NCBI GenBank assembly: GCA_964633865.1
Contig: CAZWIJ010000003.1
Coordinates: 40,656 to 104,655, forward strand
DNA length: 64,000 nt
DNA from: an uncultured Candidatus Saccharibacteria bacterium
GTDB lineage: Bacteria > Patescibacteriota > Minisyncoccia > SW-4-49-11
Direction of reading: 5' to 3'
This document shows positions 9,683-20,237 of this stretch, piece after piece (the stretch's first letter is position 1; each line of letters begins with the position of its first letter). The translations under genes were made by a program, and so were the position numbers. The notes under the pieces are model-generated. The model saw only the letters and a program-made list of their open reading frames with translations. It searched no databases and was not told the origin of the DNA.

Positions 9683-10591
9683 TTATGATTTAAATACTTT
9701 ATTTATAAATACCTCTTCTAATCTATTCGATCTATTTTTTATACCAAGAATCTTAATATTTAATTTATGCAACTCTTTTGTAATATCAAATAAATCTTCA
9801 TCTTTCATAAAATCTGTTTCTATAGAATCTTGATCTATTATTCTATATCTCTTTGGCAATCTATCAAGATTTTTTGCTTCTACATCAAAAATTATAATTT
9901 CTTTCTTTAACTCAGATAAAAGCTCCTTTACTGTTCCTACTTCTAAAATTTTACCTTCTGCTATAATCCCAATTCTATCACACAACATCTCAGCCTCTTC
10001 TAAATAATGAGTGGTTAAAATAATTGTTTTTCCCTCTTTATGTATTTCTCTAATAAAATCCCACATTTCCCTTCTTAGCTCTACATCTACCCCAGCTGAA
10101 GGCTCATCTAAAATCAAAATATCTGGCTCATGAATAAGAGCTCTTACAATCATTAATCTTCTTTTCATTCCTCCAGATAATTGCATAGCCATAGAATCTT
10201 TTTTCTCCCAAAGACCTAATCTTTTCAAGTATTTCTCAGATCTTTCTTTTGCAATTTGATGATCTATTCCATAAAATCCAGCTTGCTGAATTACTATATC
10301 CTGAACTTTCTCAAAAATATTAAAGTTAAATTCTTGAGGTACTACTCCTAAATGAGTTTTTGACTCAGACAAATTAGATTCAAAATCCATACCCATTATC
10401 TCTATTTTACCTTGAGATTTATTAGAAAGAGTTGTTAATATATTAATTAAAGTTGATTTCCCTGCTCCATTAGCTCCTAAAAGACCAAATATTTCCCCTT
10501 TATTAATATCTAAATCTATTTTCTTTAAAGCTTTTACTCCATTATCATATGATTTTTTCAGTGATTTTATGCTGATTGCAATATCTTTCAT
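9683..10591 (-). CDS. ABC transporter ATP-binding protein (ABC-2 exporter type)
   Basis: Walker A GANGAGKST, ABC signature LSGGMKRRL, Walker B ILILDEP, and an H-loop in TTHYLEEAE. Confidence 0.85.
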   Translation of the reverse strand: MKDIAISIKSLKKSYDNGVKALKKIDLDINKGEIFGLLGANGAGKSTLINILTTLSNKSQGKIEIMGMDFESNLSESKTHLGVVPQEFNFNIFEKVQDIVIQQAGFYGIDHQIAKERSEKYLKRLGLWEKKDSMAMQLSGGMKRRLMIVRALIHEPDILILDEPSAGVDVELRREMWDFIREIHKEGKTIILTTHYLEEAEMLCDRIGIIAEGKILEVGTVKELLSELKKEIIIFDVEAKNLDRLPKRYRIIDQDSIETDFMKDEDLFDITKELHKLNIKILGIKNRSNRLEEVFINKVFKS

Positions 10592-10608
10592 TTAAGTTTA
10601 AGGTTAAA

Positions 10609-11523
10609 TTATATTTTATTTGATAAATATTTCAAAAATGATATCAAAAATATTCCTATTCCAAAGAAAATACTTATCTCTAACAATTTAATAACTGGCA
10701 TTTCAAAAGGTGATAAATATATTTTATCAGAACCTTCAAGTTCAAAAAATGGCCAGAGAATTCTTATAGAAGCAATTAATATTCCCGTTAAAAAAGCCAT
10801 TAATTCATCATTATAATATTTTAAAGCTTTTTTTAGAAATCTGACAAATAAAGAAAATCCTGTCAATATTCCCATCAAAAAAACTCCAAAAGAAATAAGT
10901 GCCTCAAAATTAAAATTTAATAATGACTCTATCAAACTCAAAATATATTGATATAATCCTAATACTACTAAAAGAAAAGAACCACTAATTCCAGGTAGAA
11001 TCATAGCAGAAATAGCTATTGCCCCACCTATAAAAACATACACTAAAGATGGGTTTTGTATTTCTTTAAGAGGATTAACTGAAAAAACTATTATAAAAAA
11101 TATGGTTGAAATCAAAACTATCCAATAACTCTTACTTGTTCTATTCTTAATTTCATTCCACGGAACAGATAAAGTCATTAAAGTTAGTCCAAGAAACCAA
11201 GCATATACATTTTGAGGTTTTAATTCTAACCATAGATGCAAGAATTGAGCTAAACTTGTAATAGCCAATATCATACCTACAAACAAAGGTATTGCAAATT
11301 TCCAATCAATATCTTTAATCTTAGATATAATATTAGATAATTTACTTTTACCCATTAAAAACCTAAAAAACTCTTTGGCTATTTCTGATACAGAGTATAG
11401 AATCTCAATAAATTTTTCATATATACCCAAAACAAGTGCTATTGTAGAACCACTTACTCCAGGAATTATTTCAGCTACTCCCATAAAAAATCCCTGAATA
11501 ACTGTTATTAGTACTTTCTTCAT
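10609..11523 (-). CDS. DUF368 family polytopic membrane protein
   Basis: Internally duplicated motifs IPGVSGSTIALVLG and LPGISGSFLLVVLG, typical of DUF368; ~8 predicted TM segments. Confidence 0.55.
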   Translation of the reverse strand: MKKVLITVIQGFFMGVAEIIPGVSGSTIALVLGIYEKFIEILYSVSEIAKEFFRFLMGKSKLSNIISKIKDIDWKFAIPLFVGMILAITSLAQFLHLWLELKPQNVYAWFLGLTLMTLSVPWNEIKNRTSKSYWIVLISTIFFIIVFSVNPLKEIQNPSLVYVFIGGAIAISAMILPGISGSFLLVVLGLYQYILSLIESLLNFNFEALISFGVFLMGILTGFSLFVRFLKKALKYYNDELMAFLTGILIASIRILWPFFELEGSDKIYLSPFEMPVIKLLEISIFFGIGIFLISFLKYLSNKI

Positions 11524-11594
11524 ATTATTTTTTGATTGGTATAAATTTATATTATTATATTATATCATATTTAATTTATTTTATAAAACTTTAT

Positions 11595-12611
11595 TTATTC
11601 AGCTTTTAAATCCTCTATAAATATTGAAATTATAGATACACTTGGCACAGCTATAATAGCACCTACAGCTCCAAAAATTGAAGCTCCCAATAATATGGAT
11701 ACAAAGATAACTATTGGACTAAGTCCAGTAGCTTTACCAATTATTAAGGGTTCATAAACATTACTCTGAATATTTTGTAAAATTATATATGCAATTATAA
11801 TAATTAATCCTAACTGAATTGAAATAGAAAAAGCTATAATAATAACAGGAAAGACTGCTATCAAAGGTCCTATATAAGGTATTATATCGAAAATAGCAAC
11901 CATCAGTCCAAACAAAATAGCATATGGGATACCAAAAATAAGTAGTATAATATAGAAGCTGATTCCCATTAGACTAGATGTTATCATCTTACCAACTAAC
12001 CACTCACCTACTTTAGTTCTGGCTTTCTCTATATTATTTCTGATTTTTTTTTGATATTTATAAGGAGAAAAAAATGTAAATATATCATCAAAACTTTTAA
12101 AATTAATTGAAATATAAAATGTTAAAACTAATATTACCAGTGTATTAAATATTACTAAACTAATCTCTTTTGAAGTTAATATAATGCTATTAATAAAATC
12201 TGTTGAATACTTTGGTAAATCTAATTTTATCCCATTTCCACTAATATCAAAGTTATTTCCAAAAGATCCTAAAGATATATCTTCAATAAATTTTTCAAAA
12301 TTTGATGTAATAATAGGTATATTTTTTATAAAAGCATTTATTTCTGAAACTAAAGTTGGCACAAAAATAATTAAAATCAAAGATAATACAAACAAAATAA
12401 AGCTAAATACTAATGTTAAGCTAAATAAATAATTAATATTCAATTTATCGCTTATTTTTCTAGAAAATAATATTATACCAGATGAAATTATAAAAGAAAT
12501 TAATAATATTATAAATACTACTCTTAATTGATAGATTAAAAATATTATTATTGAGAAATATATTAATTTTAATAAATTATCTGTTGAAATTTCTACATTA
12601 TACTTATCCAT
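11595..12611 (-). CDS. AI-2E family transporter (PerM/YhhT-like)
   Basis: 338 aa with 7-8 TM segments. The C-terminal segment GLSPIVIFVSILLGASIFGAVGAIIAVP is characteristic of AI-2E/UPF0118. Confidence 0.55.
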   Translation of the reverse strand: MDKYNVEISTDNLLKLIYFSIIIFLIYQLRVVFIILLISFIISSGIILFSRKISDKLNINYLFSLTLVFSFILFVLSLILIIFVPTLVSEINAFIKNIPIITSNFEKFIEDISLGSFGNNFDISGNGIKLDLPKYSTDFINSIILTSKEISLVIFNTLVILVLTFYISINFKSFDDIFTFFSPYKYQKKIRNNIEKARTKVGEWLVGKMITSSLMGISFYIILLIFGIPYAILFGLMVAIFDIIPYIGPLIAVFPVIIIAFSISIQLGLIIIIAYIILQNIQSNVYEPLIIGKATGLSPIVIFVSILLGASIFGAVGAIIAVPSVSIISIFIEDLKAE

Positions 12612-12647
12612 CTTTTTATGTTTATTATAAAATTAATTATATCACAA

Positions 12648-13544
12648 TTATTTCTGACAAGAAAGACACATAACCGTTGTCCTATTATTTATAGTAGACT
12701 TATTTAAAATATTACCACATACAAGGCATTCTTTTCCACCTCTACCATAAACTTTATGTTCTCTTGCAAATGTTCCTCTGCTACCATCCGCCATAATATA
12801 ATTAGCTACGGAAGAACCTCCTAGTTCTATAGCTCTATCAAATACTTTAATTATATTTTCATATAACAATTCTACCTCACTTAGAGTCAAACTAGAACTT
12901 ATTCTATCTGGCCTAATTTTACATCGAAAACAAACTTCATCTACATAAATATTACCAAGTCCAACAACAACTTTCTGATTCATTAAAACTGTTTTTAATT
13001 TAGAGTTACTTTTATTTAAAGACTTATATAAAAAATCTAATGTAAACTCTGTATCCCATGGTTCCAATCCTAAATATTTAAAATGATTATTTTCCAATAA
13101 ATTACTCATCTTCTCATAATATAAAACATAACCAAACATACGAATATCATTATAAAATAGAGTTCCTTTATCTAAATTAAAAACTATATGTGAATGTTTA
13201 TTTGGTAATGTACTTTCTGAGATTTCTATTGGATGTCCTCCTAAAGCTTTATTTTTACCATTTTCTACATAAACAAGTTGTCCTGTCATCTTTAAATGAA
13301 CCAAAATCAAGCTATCATTTTCTAACTTGATAATAATATTTTTAGCTCTTCTCTCAATAGATATAATTTTTTGTCCCTTAATTGACTTAATAAATTCTAG
13401 TAATTTATCTTGAGACTCAACTCTTTTTGTACCACTACCACTTATTATTTTAGGTTTATGAACAGAAACATCAATTATTTTTTTACCAATAATAAATTTC
13501 CTTAAAGATCTAACTAAACTTTCTACTTCTGGTAATTCTGGCAT
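12648..13544 (-). CDS. mutM: formamidopyrimidine-DNA glycosylase (Fpg/MutM)
   Basis: Starts MPELPEVE, with a catalytic Pro2 and Glu3. H2TH region present. C-terminal zinc finger CLVCG...CLSCQ. Confidence 0.85.
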   Translation of the reverse strand: MPELPEVESLVRSLRKFIIGKKIIDVSVHKPKIISGSGTKRVESQDKLLEFIKSIKGQKIISIERRAKNIIIKLENDSLILVHLKMTGQLVYVENGKNKALGGHPIEISESTLPNKHSHIVFNLDKGTLFYNDIRMFGYVLYYEKMSNLLENNHFKYLGLEPWDTEFTLDFLYKSLNKSNSKLKTVLMNQKVVVGLGNIYVDEVCFRCKIRPDRISSSLTLSEVELLYENIIKVFDRAIELGGSSVANYIMADGSRGTFAREHKVYGRGGKECLVCGNILNKSTINNRTTVMCLSCQK

Positions 13545-13561
13545 AAATTTATGAGTTATTT

Positions 13562-14278
13562 TTACTTTTTTCTTTTATTATATTCCAAAGTTTTCCTAAG
13601 ATCAGTAACAAAAGATGCGTCTATATCTAGAGTATCAAATAATGCAGAATATGCTTGTTCATTAGGAACTAATAGTTTTTCTAATTTTCCCTTATTTTGC
13701 AAATACTGAACTAAACTATAGAAATCACCATCTCCACTTACTATAACAGCTTTATTATATTGATTAATTTTTGTTAAAGCATAAAGTGTAATTTCTGTAT
13801 CTACATTACCTTTTATATCACCAAATTTATTAGCAATAGTTGGCTTGAAAACAAGATGATAACCAAAGTCTTGTAATGCTGAGTATAAAGTTTGATTAGT
13901 AGTAATAAGCCCAATAAAGATATAAGCTTTTTTAACATTATATTTAGTATCTAGGTATTGCCTAAATTCTTTATAATCAAGATTCCAACCTTGTAATTTT
14001 ACGGCCTTATTCAAATTTTGACCATCAATAAATGCATAATTTTCTTTTAGAGACTCTTTCTGATTAGTAATTTTAGCTTGAATACTTTTATGTATTATAT
14101 TTTTAGGTGGCAAATTTTGCTTTGTCTTTTTTTCTATATGCTTCAATTTAATATTTTCTTTTGCGATTTTAGAGTTAATATTTTTCTCTATAACTTTTAC
14201 AGCTAGATCATCACCTGTTGTAAAAAATTTAGGTGATTTAAAGTTCTTTTTTTTAAAACTATTTCTATTATTATCCAT
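13562..14278 (-). CDS. NYN-domain (LabA/DUF88-like) protein, predicted RNase fold with a basic N-terminal extension
   Basis: Contains AFIDGQNLN and VIVSGDGDF (NYN acidic residues). The N-terminal ~80 aa are lysine-rich. Confidence 0.55.
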   Translation of the reverse strand: MDNNRNSFKKKNFKSPKFFTTGDDLAVKVIEKNINSKIAKENIKLKHIEKKTKQNLPPKNIIHKSIQAKITNQKESLKENYAFIDGQNLNKAVKLQGWNLDYKEFRQYLDTKYNVKKAYIFIGLITTNQTLYSALQDFGYHLVFKPTIANKFGDIKGNVDTEITLYALTKINQYNKAVIVSGDGDFYSLVQYLQNKGKLEKLLVPNEQAYSALFDTLDIDASFVTDLRKTLEYNKRKK

Positions 14279-14285
14279 TATAAAA

Positions 14286-15038
14286 TTAAATTATTGTTAA
14301 TATCTCAACACCATTTTTGGTTACTAAAACCGTATTTTCATAATGTGCAGATAGACTATGATCATCAGAAATGACAGTCCACTCATCATCAGAATCCACA
14401 TAAATTTCTTCTGAACCTAAAGTTACCATTGGTTCCAAAGCTATTGTCATACCCTCTCTCAAAATAAATCCTTGTCCTTTAACACCATAATTAGGAATAT
14501 TAGGATCTTCATGTAAAGCTTCTCCTATTCCATGTCCAGCATAATCTCTGATGATTCCATAATTAAATTGTGATAAATATTTTTCTACAGCATAACCATA
14601 ATCTCCAACAGTACTCTCATCTTTAATAGTTGAGATTCCTTTATAAAAAGATTTTTTTGTTCTCTCAATTAATAAATTAGCTGCTTCTGAAATTTCACCC
14701 ACTCCAAAGCTTCTCGCAGCATCTAAATATAAACCTTCCAAAATCAAACCACAATCAAGAGAAACAATATCTCCTTCTTGGACTATCTTATCTTGTTTGG
14801 GTACTCCATGGATTATTTCTTCATTGATAGAAATACAAACTGCACCTATAAACCCATGATAACCCAAAAAAGCTGGCTTTACTTTTTTCTGTTTGAAAAA
14901 CTCTTGAACTTTAGTATCTATTTCCAAAGTAGATACTCCTTGATTAGTAATAGATTCCATATATTCTAAAGCCTCAGCCAAAATCTTACCACCTCTTCTC
15001 ATCACTTCTATCTGTAATTTGTTCTTAATTTGAACCAT
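14286..15038 (-). CDS. map: methionine aminopeptidase type I
   Basis: Contains GYHGFIGAVCISINEEIIHG, DCGLILEGLYLDAARS, DYAGHGIGEALHE and TIALEPM. All metal-ligand positions are conserved. Confidence 0.9.
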   Translation of the reverse strand: MVQIKNKLQIEVMRRGGKILAEALEYMESITNQGVSTLEIDTKVQEFFKQKKVKPAFLGYHGFIGAVCISINEEIIHGVPKQDKIVQEGDIVSLDCGLILEGLYLDAARSFGVGEISEAANLLIERTKKSFYKGISTIKDESTVGDYGYAVEKYLSQFNYGIIRDYAGHGIGEALHEDPNIPNYGVKGQGFILREGMTIALEPMVTLGSEEIYVDSDDEWTVISDDHSLSAHYENTVLVTKNGVEILTII

Positions 15039-15051
15039 AAATTATAATTTA

Positions 15052-15648
15052 TTAAATATTCAATCCTTCTTTATTTAGGCTATTTAAAATATCTTTTGAT
15101 ACTAATTCCATTGATTTATTACCATCAATAGTAATCAATGTTCCTTTTTCTTTGAAATATTCTATCGCAGGAATAACTATTTCTCGATAAGCTTCTAATC
15201 TATTTTGAATATGCTCAAGCTCATCATCTGCTCTATGAATAAGATTTTTTCTTTCTGTTAGCCTTTCTATTGCAACCTCATCTGGAATATCAATATATAT
15301 AGCTTTATATGGTCTTTCAAACCAACCCAAAACTTCATGTACAAGCTCAGCTTCTCTCTTTGATCTTGCAGCTCCATCTAAGATAACACTATCTTCTCTC
15401 CCTAATTTGTTAAATAATTTTTCCATTAAAACATAAGATGGAAACCAATAAGGAAGTAAATCTCCTTTTTCAATAGTTGATTTAACTTTATTTGATACAA
15501 AATTTTTCTTTTTAGATATCTCTCTAAAAAATTCTCCGTACCCTACTATAGAAAACCTTAATCTTTCTTTCAAAATTCCACTTTGTGTACCTTTACCTGC
15601 TCCTGGTTTTCCGAGCATAATCAAGGTATTAATTTCTGATTGATTCAT
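15052..15648 (-). CDS. adk: adenylate kinase
   Basis: P-loop GKPGAGKGTQ, an NMP-binding region, and an LID region with R..DD. 198 aa, directly upstream of map, as in spc-operon ends. Confidence 0.85.
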   Translation of the reverse strand: MNQSEINTLIMLGKPGAGKGTQSGILKERLRFSIVGYGEFFREISKKKNFVSNKVKSTIEKGDLLPYWFPSYVLMEKLFNKLGREDSVILDGAARSKREAELVHEVLGWFERPYKAIYIDIPDEVAIERLTERKNLIHRADDELEHIQNRLEAYREIVIPAIEYFKEKGTLITIDGNKSMELVSKDILNSLNKEGLNI

Positions 15649-15713
15649 AAAATAAATAGTTAATATTCTTTATATTATAAACTATTTCGAATAAAATATC
15701 AAATTAAAATTTA

Positions 15714-17846
15714 TTATTGAGTAAATTTTAATATAAATATATCATATGAACCATTTGTACTTAATGAAACTAAATTTCCATTTATATCATTCCCTAAGCT
15801 CATTAGGTTTGATATAAAATAACCAGATATTATTAAATTATCATAATCATCAATCATAACTAAACTTCCAAAATCATTTCCATTTTGTATTAAACTTTTT
15901 TTTGAATATAATAAACCACCATTTAAATTATACTTTGATATATGGAGCTCTTCACTTTCATTATTATTTAAATTGATTGGATTTCCATTTATATCATTCC
16001 CTAAATTTATAGGATTAGAGCTGAAATATCCTGTAACTATTATATTATTGTCATTATCAATAGCGATGTTATTAATATAATCATTATCATTTCCTCCTGC
16101 ACTCCTTGCCCACAATAATTCTCCATCAATGTTATATTTTGATATATAAAAGTCTTGAATTCCATTATTATTTAGATTTATTGGATTTCCATTTATATCA
16201 TTTCCTAAACTAAGTACATTCGATTGAAAACTACCTGCTACTATTATATTGTTATCATTATCAAGTTTCATATCATTCATATAATCAAATCCTCCCCCTC
16301 CTGCACTCTTTGCCCATAATAGTTCTCCATCAATATTATATTTTGATATATATGTATCTCTACTTCCATTATTACTTAAATTTATTGGGTTTCCATTTAT
16401 ATCATTTCCTAAATTTAGTACATTCGATTGGAAACTACCTGCCACTATTATATTGTTACCATTATCACTTGTTATAGAAAAACCATAATCAGCTAAATTA
16501 CCTCCTGCACTCTTTGCCCATAATAATTCCCCATCAATATTATATTTTGATATAAAAAAGTCTTGACTACCATTATTATTTAAATTTATTGGGTTTCCAT
16601 TTATATCATTTCCTAAACTCATAGGATTAGAGCTGAAATATCCTGTAACTATTATATTATTGTCATTATCACTCGTTATAGAAATACCGTATTCACCTAA
16701 AGTTTCTCCACTACTCTTTGCCCATAATAATTCTCCATCAATATTATATTTTGATATATAAAAGTCTTGACTTCCATTATTATTTAGATTTATTGGATTT
16801 CCATTTATATCACTTCCTAAATTCATTATATTTGAATCAAAATATCCTGTAATTATTATATTATCGTTATTATCACTCGTCACATGACTAACATTATCAA
16901 ATCCACTTCCTCCTGCACTCTTTGCCCATAATAATTCTCCATCAGTGTTATATTTTGATAGATATATATCTCTGTTACCATTATTATTTAAATTGATTGG
17001 ATTTCCATTTATATCACTTCCTAAATTCATTACATTTGAGTCAAAATATCCTGTAATTATTATATTATCATTATTATCACTCGTCACATGACTAACATTA
17101 TCAAATCCACTTCCTCCTGCACTCTTTGCCCAAAGAGTAGTTAGTGAAGGAATATTAACTTGAGTTATACTTCCACTTGCTAGTACATTTTCACCTATCA
17201 CTATTTTTGATACTATCTCTTTTCCTGCATCTGCTGTTTGCACCACATAACTTATCCCTGTTCCTACTTGAGTCTCTATTCCAGCATCCACTGTATACCA
17301 AATTAGACTTTCTTCTGATATATTTAGTCCTGTTGGGAGTGTTACTGTCAATGTCTGTCCTACTTCATTTGTTCCATTTATTACTAAACTTAGTTCTATT
17401 GGATTAATTATTATAAATTCTCCTAATACAGCTTTATCTGCAAATACACTTATTTTATTATTTACATTATTTATACCCGCTTTATATCCTCCTCCTTTTG
17501 GATCTCTTGGTATTTCTGCTATATATGTTGGAACTAACTCTCTCAGATCTATCTTTCCTGTACAATCTGTTGAATCTCCCTCTATCTCTTTTCCTGTATC
17601 ACATATTTCACCGTATAATCCTGTTGCATCATCTATTATATCTTTTGGATATCTTCCATTCGATATATAATATTGATCTAATGCTTTTTGTACTGTATTT
17701 ATTCCTCCCCATCTACTTGCATTCTCTGCTTTTCCTATCTGTCTTAATGGATTTATAGCGACAATAACTATACTTGCTAATATTCCTATTGATGCTATTA
17801 CCAACAATATCTCTAATAATGTAAATCCTTTCTTTTTATTATTCAT
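15714..17846 (-). CDS. type IV pilin-like (prepilin N-terminal cleavage/methylation domain) surface protein with a 7-bladed SBBP-type beta-propeller repeat array
   Basis: The N-terminus KKG|FTLLEILLVIASIGILASIVI is a class III signal with Glu at +5. From about aa 238 there are seven ~68-aa repeats (LWAKSAGG...NIIITGYF...GNDINGNPINLNNNG...ISKYN.DGEL). Confidence 0.7.
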   Translation of the reverse strand: MNNKKKGFTLLEILLVIASIGILASIVIVAINPLRQIGKAENASRWGGINTVQKALDQYYISNGRYPKDIIDDATGLYGEICDTGKEIEGDSTDCTGKIDLRELVPTYIAEIPRDPKGGGYKAGINNVNNKISVFADKAVLGEFIIINPIELSLVINGTNEVGQTLTVTLPTGLNISEESLIWYTVDAGIETQVGTGISYVVQTADAGKEIVSKIVIGENVLASGSITQVNIPSLTTLWAKSAGGSGFDNVSHVTSDNNDNIIITGYFDSNVMNLGSDINGNPINLNNNGNRDIYLSKYNTDGELLWAKSAGGSGFDNVSHVTSDNNDNIIITGYFDSNIMNLGSDINGNPINLNNNGSQDFYISKYNIDGELLWAKSSGETLGEYGISITSDNDNNIIVTGYFSSNPMSLGNDINGNPINLNNNGSQDFFISKYNIDGELLWAKSAGGNLADYGFSITSDNGNNIIVAGSFQSNVLNLGNDINGNPINLSNNGSRDTYISKYNIDGELLWAKSAGGGGFDYMNDMKLDNDNNIIVAGSFQSNVLSLGNDINGNPINLNNNGIQDFYISKYNIDGELLWARSAGGNDNDYINNIAIDNDNNIIVTGYFSSNPINLGNDINGNPINLNNNESEELHISKYNLNGGLLYSKKSLIQNGNDFGSLVMIDDYDNLIISGYFISNLMSLGNDINGNLVSLSTNGSYDIFILKFTQ
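15730..17135. repeat. tandem ~204-bp coding repeats (7 copies) inside the pilin-like gene; the two central copies are nearly identical
   Basis: Stretches around 16861-16960 and 17065-17164 are almost identical (tatcactcgtcacatgactaacattatcaaatccacttcctcctgcactctttgcccat...). The period matches the 68-aa protein repeat. Confidence 0.7.
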
Positions 17847-17922
17847 ATCTTAATTATTTATTATGTTAATTATTATATTATAATAATTATATCATATCTT
17901 TTATTGTTTTCAAGATATAAAA

Positions 17923-18774
17923 TTATTTTTTACCTAAATACTCGGCTAAGGCTTCTTTCCAGATTCTCATCTTAGTATTTAATTTAGTATTTAATAAAAT
18001 ACTAAATTTAGGTCTTCTAGCTAAAGTTTTATATTCAGATGAACTTATAGGATTTAGTTTTATATCTATATTTTTCAGTCTAAATATCTCTGATGCAAAT
18101 TCATACCAACTTACTGCTCCTTCATTGGATAAATGATAAATTCCCTTACCCAAATTATTGTTAATGATATAATTTGTTCTTTTAGCCACATCTAAGGTAT
18201 AAGTTGGACTTCCTATTTGATCATTAATAATACTAAGTTCAGTTTTATTCTTAGAAAGATGAATCATTGTATCAACAAAATTCTTGCCCCCACTACCATA
18301 TAACCAAGATATTCTAAAAATATAATATACAAAATCTGGATTATTATTAGCAATATCTGAAATATAATTTTCTGCCTTTAACTTTGTTAACCCATAAAAA
18401 TTAACTGGATTTATTGGTATATCAGACTCTTTATATCCATTTTTATTTTCTCCATCAAAAACATAATCTGTAGAATATTGAATAAATTTTATTTTGTTAT
18501 AAGAACAATATTTAGCTAAATTATAAACTCCTAGAGAATTAATTTTCTCCACTTTATTTTGCTCACTAAATTCTTCTGCTTTATCTACTAGAGTATATGC
18601 CGCACAATTTATAACAAAATCCAACTCATATTGAGATAAAAATTGTTCAACATTTTCTTTTGAAGATATATCTAAATTATTTCTATCCGTCAAAATTATT
18701 TCATGATCTAAACTTAATACCTTAGCTAAATCATGAGATAACATTCCCTTAGATCCTGTAATTAAAATTTTCAT
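17923..18774 (-). CDS. rfbD: dTDP-4-dehydrorhamnose reductase
   Basis: Starts MKILITGSKGMLS (Rossmann fold), with a YxxxK catalytic region; 283 aa RmlD-like. Confidence 0.75.
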   Translation of the reverse strand: MKILITGSKGMLSHDLAKVLSLDHEIILTDRNNLDISSKENVEQFLSQYELDFVINCAAYTLVDKAEEFSEQNKVEKINSLGVYNLAKYCSYNKIKFIQYSTDYVFDGENKNGYKESDIPINPVNFYGLTKLKAENYISDIANNNPDFVYYIFRISWLYGSGGKNFVDTMIHLSKNKTELSIINDQIGSPTYTLDVAKRTNYIINNNLGKGIYHLSNEGAVSWYEFASEIFRLKNIDIKLNPISSSEYKTLARRPKFSILLNTKLNTKMRIWKEALAEYLGKK

Positions 18775-18784
18775 AGATTCTAAA

Positions 18785-20038
18785 TTATTTTATACCAAAT
18801 TCTTTTTTGATATTATTAACAAAATCTAACTTTTCCCATGTGAATAATTCAACTTCCAATATTTTTTCCTTTCCTTCAGGAGAAATAAATTTTTTATTCA
18901 CAATTCTACTTTCTCTTCCCATATGACCATAAGATGATGTTTCACTATAAATAGGATTCCTTAATTTTAATCTTTTCTGTATAAAATATGGTCTCATATC
19001 AAAAATCTTTGAGATAATATTAGCTATTTCTCCATCAGACATCTTAACTTTAGCTGTGTTATAAGTATTGATATAAATTCCCATTGGTTCAGAAACTCCA
19101 ATTGCATAAGAAACTTGTACCAAAACCTCATCACATACACCAGCTGCTACCAAATTTTTAGCAATATGACGAGTTGCATAAGCTCCTGATCTGTCCACCT
19201 TACTTGGATCTTTACCAGAGAAAGCTCCTCCTCCATGAGCACCTTTTCCCCCATATGTGTCTACAATAATTTTTCTACCTGTTAAACCAGTATCTCCATG
19301 AGGACCTCCAATTACAAATTTTCCTGTAGGATTTATAAAATATTTAATTTTATTATTAAACAACTTAGAATATTCTGGATACTTAGTTTTTATTCTTGGA
19401 ATTAAAATTTCTAAAATATCTTTCTTGATTTTAGCTAACATTTTTACCTCAGCATCAAAATCATCATGTTGAGTTGAGATTACAATTGTATCTATTCTAA
19501 CTGGTTTATGGTTATCATCATATTCTAAAGTAACTTGTGACTTTGAGTCTGGTCTTAGATATTTGATTTGCTTATTCTCTCTCCTTAGATTAGCTAATTC
19601 TTTTAATATATTGTGAGCAAGATCCAAAGCCAGCGGCATATAATTTTTAGTTTCATTAGTAGCATAACCAAACATCATTCCTTGATCCCCTGCTCCTTGA
19701 TCTTCTTTTTTCTTTTTATCTACTCCTTGATTAATATCTTCTGATTGCTCATGAATTGCTGACAATATTCCACAAGAATTAGCTTCAAACATATATTCTG
19801 AATTTGTATAACCAATTTTTCTAATAACATCTCTTGCAATAAATTGTACATCTAAATAAGTTTTTGATTTCACTTCCCCTGCCAAAACAACTTGACCTGT
19901 GGTCACTAATGTCTCACAAGCAACTTTTGAATTAGGATCAAAAGCTAAAAAATTATCAATGATAGCATCTGAAATTTGATCTGCTATTTTATCTGGGTGT
20001 CCTTCTGAAACTGATTCTGATGTAAATAAATAACTCAT
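18785..20038 (-). CDS. metK: S-adenosylmethionine synthetase
   Basis: Contains [34 protein letters not shown] and [19 protein letters not shown]. Confidence 0.9.
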   Translation of the reverse strand: MSYLFTSESVSEGHPDKIADQISDAIIDNFLAFDPNSKVACETLVTTGQVVLAGEVKSKTYLDVQFIARDVIRKIGYTNSEYMFEANSCGILSAIHEQSEDINQGVDKKKKEDQGAGDQGMMFGYATNETKNYMPLALDLAHNILKELANLRRENKQIKYLRPDSKSQVTLEYDDNHKPVRIDTIVISTQHDDFDAEVKMLAKIKKDILEILIPRIKTKYPEYSKLFNNKIKYFINPTGKFVIGGPHGDTGLTGRKIIVDTYGGKGAHGGGAFSGKDPSKVDRSGAYATRHIAKNLVAAGVCDEVLVQVSYAIGVSEPMGIYINTYNTAKVKMSDGEIANIISKIFDMRPYFIQKRLKLRNPIYSETSSYGHMGRESRIVNKKFISPEGKEKILEVELFTWEKLDFVNNIKKEFGIK

Positions 20039-20237
20039 ATTATTAATTTAAAATTAACTTATTAATATTTAGACTATAAATTTTAATTTGAATATACTTT
20101 CTATTTGTAAAATTATATCTAAAATATATTATACTATATTTATATATTTTTATACAGAAAATTACTTTAGAATTATATTTGAATTATAATCATAATTAAG
20201 GTATACTATAGATATTATTAAATAATAATTTAAATTT

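Noticed and set aside
20039-20237. Possible SAM riboswitch upstream of metK
   Set aside because: The 199-nt metK leader is almost exclusively A/T, without the GC-containing helices needed for any SAM riboswitch class. Interpreted as a plain divergent promoter region shared with the SOD-like gene.
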